Shown in pieces: positions 56,044-60,446 of a DNA stretch of 60,446 bases. The DNA is from Candidatus Sericytochromatia bacterium. GTDB taxonomy: Bacteria; Cyanobacteriota; Sericytochromatia; S15B-MN24; VGJW01. Numbering within the stretch: the first letter of the stretch is position 1; each line of letters starts with the position of its first letter. The DNA lies in NCBI GenBank assembly GCA_035285865.1, contig JAYKHS010000020.1, positions 1-60,446 of the forward strand, in the 5' to 3' direction. The notes below the pieces were generated by a model that was given only the letters and a program-made list of their open reading frames with translations, had not been told where the DNA came from and did no database searches. The translations under genes and the position numbers were made by a program.

Positions 56044-59000
56044 GCGCCTGCCGCCCGCGTGTTGTCCCAGATGATGCTGCGGACTCGGGTCGTCTTGTCG
56101 TTACCCAGATAGACGCCCACCCCTTGGTCCGAGTGGCCAATCATGGGCTTGCGGTGCGAGATGACCACCATCTGGGCCAGTTCCGACTGCCGACGCATCA
56201 TCTGGCCCAGACGATCCACGTTGACGCCGTCAAGGGCCTGATCGACCTCGTCCAGAGCATAGAACGGCGCCGGCTGGGTCCGCTGCACGGAGAACAGGAA
56301 AGCCAGGGCCGTCAGGGACTTCTGGCCGCCGCTCATCGCGTCGAGGCGCGCGATGGCACTGCCCGGCGGCTGGGCCGTGATGATCAGGCCGCCGGCGAAG
56401 GGGTCTTCCGGGCGCTCGAGCGACAGCTCGCCATAGCCGCCGGCCAGCTCCCCGAAGATCTCGGCGAAGAAGCCCCGGATCTGGTCGAAGGCCGTCATGA
56501 AGACGGCGCGCTTCTGTACGGATATTTCGGCGATGCGATCCTCGATGCCCTGGCGCTCGGTTCGCAGCGAAGCCAGGCGGCCATCCAGGGAGCGCGCTTC
56601 CTCTTCCTCGCGGGCGTACTGCTCGACGGCCAGCTGGTTCACGGGACCCAATGCCGCCAGACGATGCTCTACCTTCTTGCGGGACACATCGAGGTCGTGG
56701 ACGGAGAGCAGCGGGGCCTCAGTCGGCATCGGGATGTCCTCTTCCCAAAGCTCGTTCTCGAGTCCTTGCCACTGGGCGCGCAGATCGGCAAGCCGAATCT
56801 CGCCCTGTTTCACGGCATCATCCAGCAGGCCGATGTCCCGCTCACGGATGCTGACGGCGCTTTCGGCCTGCACGCGGGTCTCGGTGGCTGCATTGCGGGC
56901 CTCGACCAGGGCTTCCAGGCCCTTGCGCGCCTCTTCCCGGGCACGCGTCAAGCCCTCGATGCGCTCTGCCAGCTCGGCAACCTGCCTGTCCGCCGCAGCG
57001 GAGGCTTCGCGCGAGGCCTTGGCCTCCTCGCGGTTGCGCCCGGCCAGCTCGACCTGTTCGGCGATGGCCTGGCGATTGGCCTCACGGGCTCCTTCACGGC
57101 TTTCGAGCGTCAGCCGCTCCTTCTGGAGCACGGTTTCCGCATCCTGCTGGGCCCATTGGGCCTCGCTGGCCTGATGGCGCAGCTCCTCGGCCCTGCCGTC
57201 GCCCAGACTGTCGTCCAAGTCGGAAAGCGCAAGCTCGAGGTCATTGTAGGCCTGTTCCAAAGGCAGGCCCGATTCGATGAGGCCCTCGGCCTCGCGGGTG
57301 AGGTCGGTGAGGCGCTTCTGATCCGCCTTGAGCTCCTGGTCGAGCCGTTGCAGTTCTTCGGCACGACGTTGCAGTTCGTCGTTGCGCGCTGTCCGTTCGC
57401 GGTCGGCCTGGGCCGCGGTGTCCTCGGCCTCGCGCCTGCGGGCCTCGGCGCGGCCTTGGCCTGTCAGCATCGCCTGGAGCGCGCCCTGGGTATTCTGCAC
57501 CCTCTGCGAGGCGTTGCGGACCGCCGTCTGGAGCCGTTCGCCTTCCTGGCGCAGGTTCGCGAGGAACATGGCCGGTGCCTGCTTGGACCGGCCTACGGTC
57601 ATGGCGCCCGTCCGTTCGAGCACGTCGCCGTCCAGCGTCACCATGCGGTACTTGCCGATATGGGGACGGGCCGCGGTCATCGTCTCGAAGATCAGCGTCT
57701 CGCCCAAGGCCAGGGCGAAGGCCGGATGGTGCTCGGGCGCGAAGGTCACCTTGTCGATGGCGTAGCCGAGGCAACCGTCCAGATTGACCCGTGGGAGTGG
57801 CCTCGGGCTGGGCAGCTTGTTCAGGGGCAGGCAGGTCGCCCGGCCGATCTCGCGCTGGTGCAGCAGGCGGCCGATCTGGGCCGCCACGCCATCGTCCGTG
57901 ACCACGATGTTCCGCATGCGTCCGCCGGCAGCTTCCTGCAGGGCCCGGGCAAAGGCCGGATCGGCCTCGCCGAGCATGGACAGCGTGCCCAGCACCCCGG
58001 GCACGTTCTGGCCCAGCACGAACTCCACGGCGGCGCCGAGGCTGGCCTCCTGGGCCTGCAGGAGGCCCGTGACCCTGGCGGCTTCCTTCTGGGTCGCGCG
58101 CAGGGCTTCCTCGGCTGTCTCGAGGGTCTGCTTCAGGCTGCTGACGTTCTGTTGGGCCCGCTGCTCGTCGGCGCGTGCCACCTCCGCCTGCTTCGCGGCT
58201 TCGGCAGCCTGGGTCGCCAGTCCGTCCACGTCCTTGCCCAGTTCGCGGACCTGCTCGGCCAGCTCCTTGCGTCGACCCCGGGCATCCTCGACGCGATCCT
58301 CGACCTGTTGCTGCTCGAACTGCACGCGCATCTGCGCGACCTGCAGTTCGTTCATTTGCTTCTCGGTGGCTTCCTTGCGGGTCACCAGCGCCTGTCGTTC
58401 GGCCATCAGATCCTGACGGCCGGTCATGAGCTGGTCCAACTCGGCCTGCAGGGCTTCCCGCCGCTTGCGGTGGGTCTCGACGCGGTCCGAGGCTTCACGG
58501 ATGCGTTCCCGGACCTCGGAGATCTCGCGGTCGAGCCCGGTTCCTTCCGCCTCGAGGTCCCTTCGGCGATCGTCGGCGCGGACCGCCAGATGGTCCTGTT
58601 CTTCGGACCGGCGATGGGCCTCGCGCCCTTCGAGGCGCACCCGTTCGCGGTCGCCGGAGGTTGTCAGAAGCTGGTCTTCGAGCTCCTGGAAGCGGGCGCC
58701 GCCCTCGCGGTGCAGGCGCTCGGCCAGGCGCTGCTCCTCTTCGCGGGCGGCATCGAGCGCCGTCACCGCCGCACGCAGCGCCTCTCCTGCCTCGCCGCGG
58801 CGCATGCGGCCCTGCTGGACGGTACCGTCCTGCAAGGTGACCTGATGCTGCAGCTCCCACCAGCGGCCGGCCTTGATGTCTCGATCCAGTTGGCGCAAGC
58901 GCTCCTGAAGGTCGAGGAACTCGACGGCCTTGTCTCGCTGGCTGCGCAGCGAGGCGAGGCGAGCCTGCAACTCGGACAGGAGGAACACCGTGCGGTCCTC

Positions 59001-59567
59001 CTGCTCGGCCACGGTCTGGAGTTCCTTGGCCGCGAGGTCGATGCGGCTGTCGAAGTCGGCGACGCCGGCCAGATCGTCGATGATGCGGCGGCGCTCGTGG
59101 GGCGTCATCTTGATGATCCCCATGACGTCCATCTGCATGACGACGTTGAAGCCTTGCGGGCTGATGTGGTGGCGACCCAGCAGTTCGTGGATCTCGGTAA
59201 GCGTCGAGGCCTTGCCGTCGAGGTAGTAGGTGTTGTCTGCCGTGGGCTCGCCGCCGTCCGGGGACTTCCGCTCGCGGACGCGGCGCGCCACCTCGAAGGC
59301 GGGGGAGCCGTCCTCGTGGCCGAAGCGCACGGTCACGCGCGCCTCGCGCCGGCTGGAGGCTCCGTTGATGAAGCCCGTGCTGTTCGCGGCCCGGAGGGTC
59401 CGTGCGTTGCCGAGGCCCAGGCAGAACATCAGGGCGTCGAGAATGTTGCTCTTGCCCGAGCCGTTCGGGCCGGTGATGGCGGTAAAGCCCGGCAGGAGAC
59501 GGATACGCTCCTGCCGGAACGTCTTGAAGTTGTCGATCTCGAGCTCGACGATGCGCAAGCCGCCCAC
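56040..59567 (-). CDS. smc: Chromosome segregation protein SMC
   Basis: NFKTF, GPNGSGKSN, VMQ (Q-loop), long coiled coils, hinge GDVLERTGAMTVG, MSGGQKS and ALDEVDQALD. GTG start at 59567 (alternative TTG 59558). Confidence 0.97.
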   Translation of the reverse strand: MGGLRIVELEIDNFKTFRQERIRLLPGFTAITGPNGSGKSNILDALMFCLGLGNARTLRAANSTGFINGASSRREARVTVRFGHEDGSPAFEVARRVRERKSPDGGEPTADNTYYLDGKASTLTEIHELLGRHHISPQGFNVVMQMDVMGIIKMTPHERRRIIDDLAGVADFDSRIDLAAKELQTVAEQEDRTVFLLSELQARLASLRSQRDKAVEFLDLQERLRQLDRDIKAGRWWELQHQVTLQDGTVQQGRMRRGEAGEALRAAVTALDAAREEEQRLAERLHREGGARFQELEDQLLTTSGDRERVRLEGREAHRRSEEQDHLAVRADDRRRDLEAEGTGLDREISEVRERIREASDRVETHRKRREALQAELDQLMTGRQDLMAERQALVTRKEATEKQMNELQVAQMRVQFEQQQVEDRVEDARGRRKELAEQVRELGKDVDGLATQAAEAAKQAEVARADEQRAQQNVSSLKQTLETAEEALRATQKEAARVTGLLQAQEASLGAAVEFVLGQNVPGVLGTLSMLGEADPAFARALQEAAGGRMRNIVVTDDGVAAQIGRLLHQREIGRATCLPLNKLPSPRPLPRVNLDGCLGYAIDKVTFAPEHHPAFALALGETLIFETMTAARPHIGKYRMVTLDGDVLERTGAMTVGRSKQAPAMFLANLRQEGERLQTAVRNASQRVQNTQGALQAMLTGQGRAEARRREAEDTAAQADRERTARNDELQRRAEELQRLDQELKADQKRLTDLTREAEGLIESGLPLEQAYNDLELALSDLDDSLGDGRAEELRHQASEAQWAQQDAETVLQKERLTLESREGAREANRQAIAEQVELAGRNREEAKASREASAAADRQVAELAERIEGLTRAREEARKGLEALVEARNAATETRVQAESAVSIRERDIGLLDDAVKQGEIRLADLRAQWQGLENELWEEDIPMPTEAPLLSVHDLDVSRKKVEHRLAALGPVNQLAVEQYAREEEEARSLDGRLASLRTERQGIEDRIAEISVQKRAVFMTAFDQIRGFFAEIFGELAGGYGELSLERPEDPFAGGLIITAQPPGSAIARLDAMSGGQKSLTALAFLFSVQRTQPAPFYALDEVDQALDGVNVDRLGQMMRRQSELAQMVVISHRKPMIGHSDQGVGVYLGNDKTTRVRSIIWDNTRAAGA

Positions 59568-60023
59568 AGCCCGACTGTAGCACGCAGGGAGCCGTCCGTC
59601 AGGTGATTTGTCGCACGGTCTCCTTGGAGAACACGTCTCCACGGAGAAGGCCCCCAAGACCCGAAGGGCCCTCCTTGCGGGGAGCCCTTCTTGCTGCCGG
59701 CGGGGAGGAGGCCGCTGCCTCGTGGGCTGCCCCTCGTTCGGGGCCCGTTGGCGTCCTGTCCCGTCGGTCTTCCTGACTGACAAGGCAAGCTTGCACCGGT
59801 TGCTTTTCGAATCCTTGGTCGTTGTGTCGGGACAGGCTTTCGTGTCGATGAAATGTCTGTATTTCCGGTCTCTGCAGGACTTCATCAGCCGGTCACGCGG
59901 CCGTAAGCACACCTGAAAGCGGCGCCGGATACGCTCTGTGTGTGACCGATGAACTACGGCCGGTCTGGCCGTCTGGTAAAATCGAACAGACCCTACTCCC
60001 ACTTACAACAAGGAGCCCCCCTC

Positions 60024-60446
60024 ATGAAGACTCTTCTTCCGATGCTGGCCGTCGTGGCGCTTCTGTCCGCCTGTCCCGGCGGCAATACCACCACCACAAC
60101 GACCACTCCGACCGCGGCTCCGACCGCGGCTCCGACCGCGGCTCTGAAAAAGCCGCGCAAAAAGCGACCTGCCGCAGATCCCCGCGATACGCCAGGCCGC
60201 GTCGAGCCTGCAAACGAGACCCAGGCACGCAAGCGCAACAAAAACAAGAAAAAAAGCGTCCAGCTCTACGTCAAGAACTCGGTAGAGTCCGCAGAGAAAA
60301 CGCTGCGCGAGACACGCGCGCGCTTCTCGGCCGAACTGGACGCGCGCCGCGCGGATCGTCCGCCAAATCATGAACTCATCGAGGTGCTGGAGGCCGCCGT
60401 CAACTCGATCGATCAGGTGTTTGCGATGCCGCGATGGGCTGACGTC
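60024..60446 (+). CDS. Lipoprotein, partial (runs off the window end)
   Basis: SD AAGGAG; MKTLLPMLAVVALLSAC lipobox; Thr/Pro-Ala linker. Frame stays open to the last base and is absent from the supplied track. Confidence 0.75.
   Translation, partial: MKTLLPMLAVVALLSACPGGNTTTTTTTPTAAPTAAPTAALKKPRKKRPAADPRDTPGRVEPANETQARKRNKNKKKSVQLYVKNSVESAEKTLRETRARFSAELDARRADRPPNHELIEVLEAAVNSIDQVFAMPRWADV
60106..60144 (+). repeat. 12-bp tandem repeat x3 (CTCCGACCGCGG) encoding PTAA repeats
   Basis: Three exact copies at 60106, 60118 and 60130. Confidence 0.9.

Noticed and set aside
55917..59606. 1229 aa plus-strand ORF
   Set aside because: Antisense shadow of smc caused by high-GC codon bias; no recognisable motifs.
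59568..60002. 145 aa N-terminal extension of SMC in the ORF track
   Set aside because: SMC homology starts at LRIVELEIDNFK, and a promoter sits just upstream of GTG 59567.
60106..60144. Tandem repeat as a possible CRISPR array
   Set aside because: 12-bp units with no spacers, in frame within a coding linker; no cas genes.

Overview
GC-rich bacterial chromosome segment spanning the replication origin. The core is recF-dnaN-oriC-dnaA (minus strand), divergent from rpmH-rnpA-yidD-yidC-jag-mnmE. Genes left of oriC run mostly on the minus strand and genes to the right mostly on the plus strand. Housekeeping content: coaE, gmk, hemC/hemD, ribF, aroE, purQ, guaB/guaA, a hut operon with fused FTCD continuing into nanE/ROK kinase, a CIRCE-controlled hrcA-grpE-dnaK-dnaJ operon, and smc-scpA-scpB. 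Accessory genes: several lipoproteins, a SigB/SigF-type sigma factor, a STAND-like ATPase and a xanthorhodopsin-clade DTE proton pump. Lineage is inferred only: a diderm-type DnaK insert, a cyanobacterial-looking SMC N-terminus, a DUF1997-like protein and Gram-positive-type regulatory sites suggest a diderm Terrabacterium, possibly a non-photosynthetic relative of Cyanobacteria such as Sericytochromatia. Main observations: (1) a small ORF not called separately in the ORF track (54322-54657), behind two perfect LexA boxes, whose product resembles DnaA domain I; (2) a fenestrated rhodopsin preceded by CarH/LitR-like 11-bp repeats; (3) PurQ with its catalytic Cys replaced by Gly; (4) recF apparently starting at CTG; (5) many apparently leaderless genes; (6) an oriC with a DnaA-box/trio/AT-rich unwinding module. 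No tRNA, rRNA, CRISPR array or transposase was recognised. All family calls come from motif recognition by eye, not database searches.
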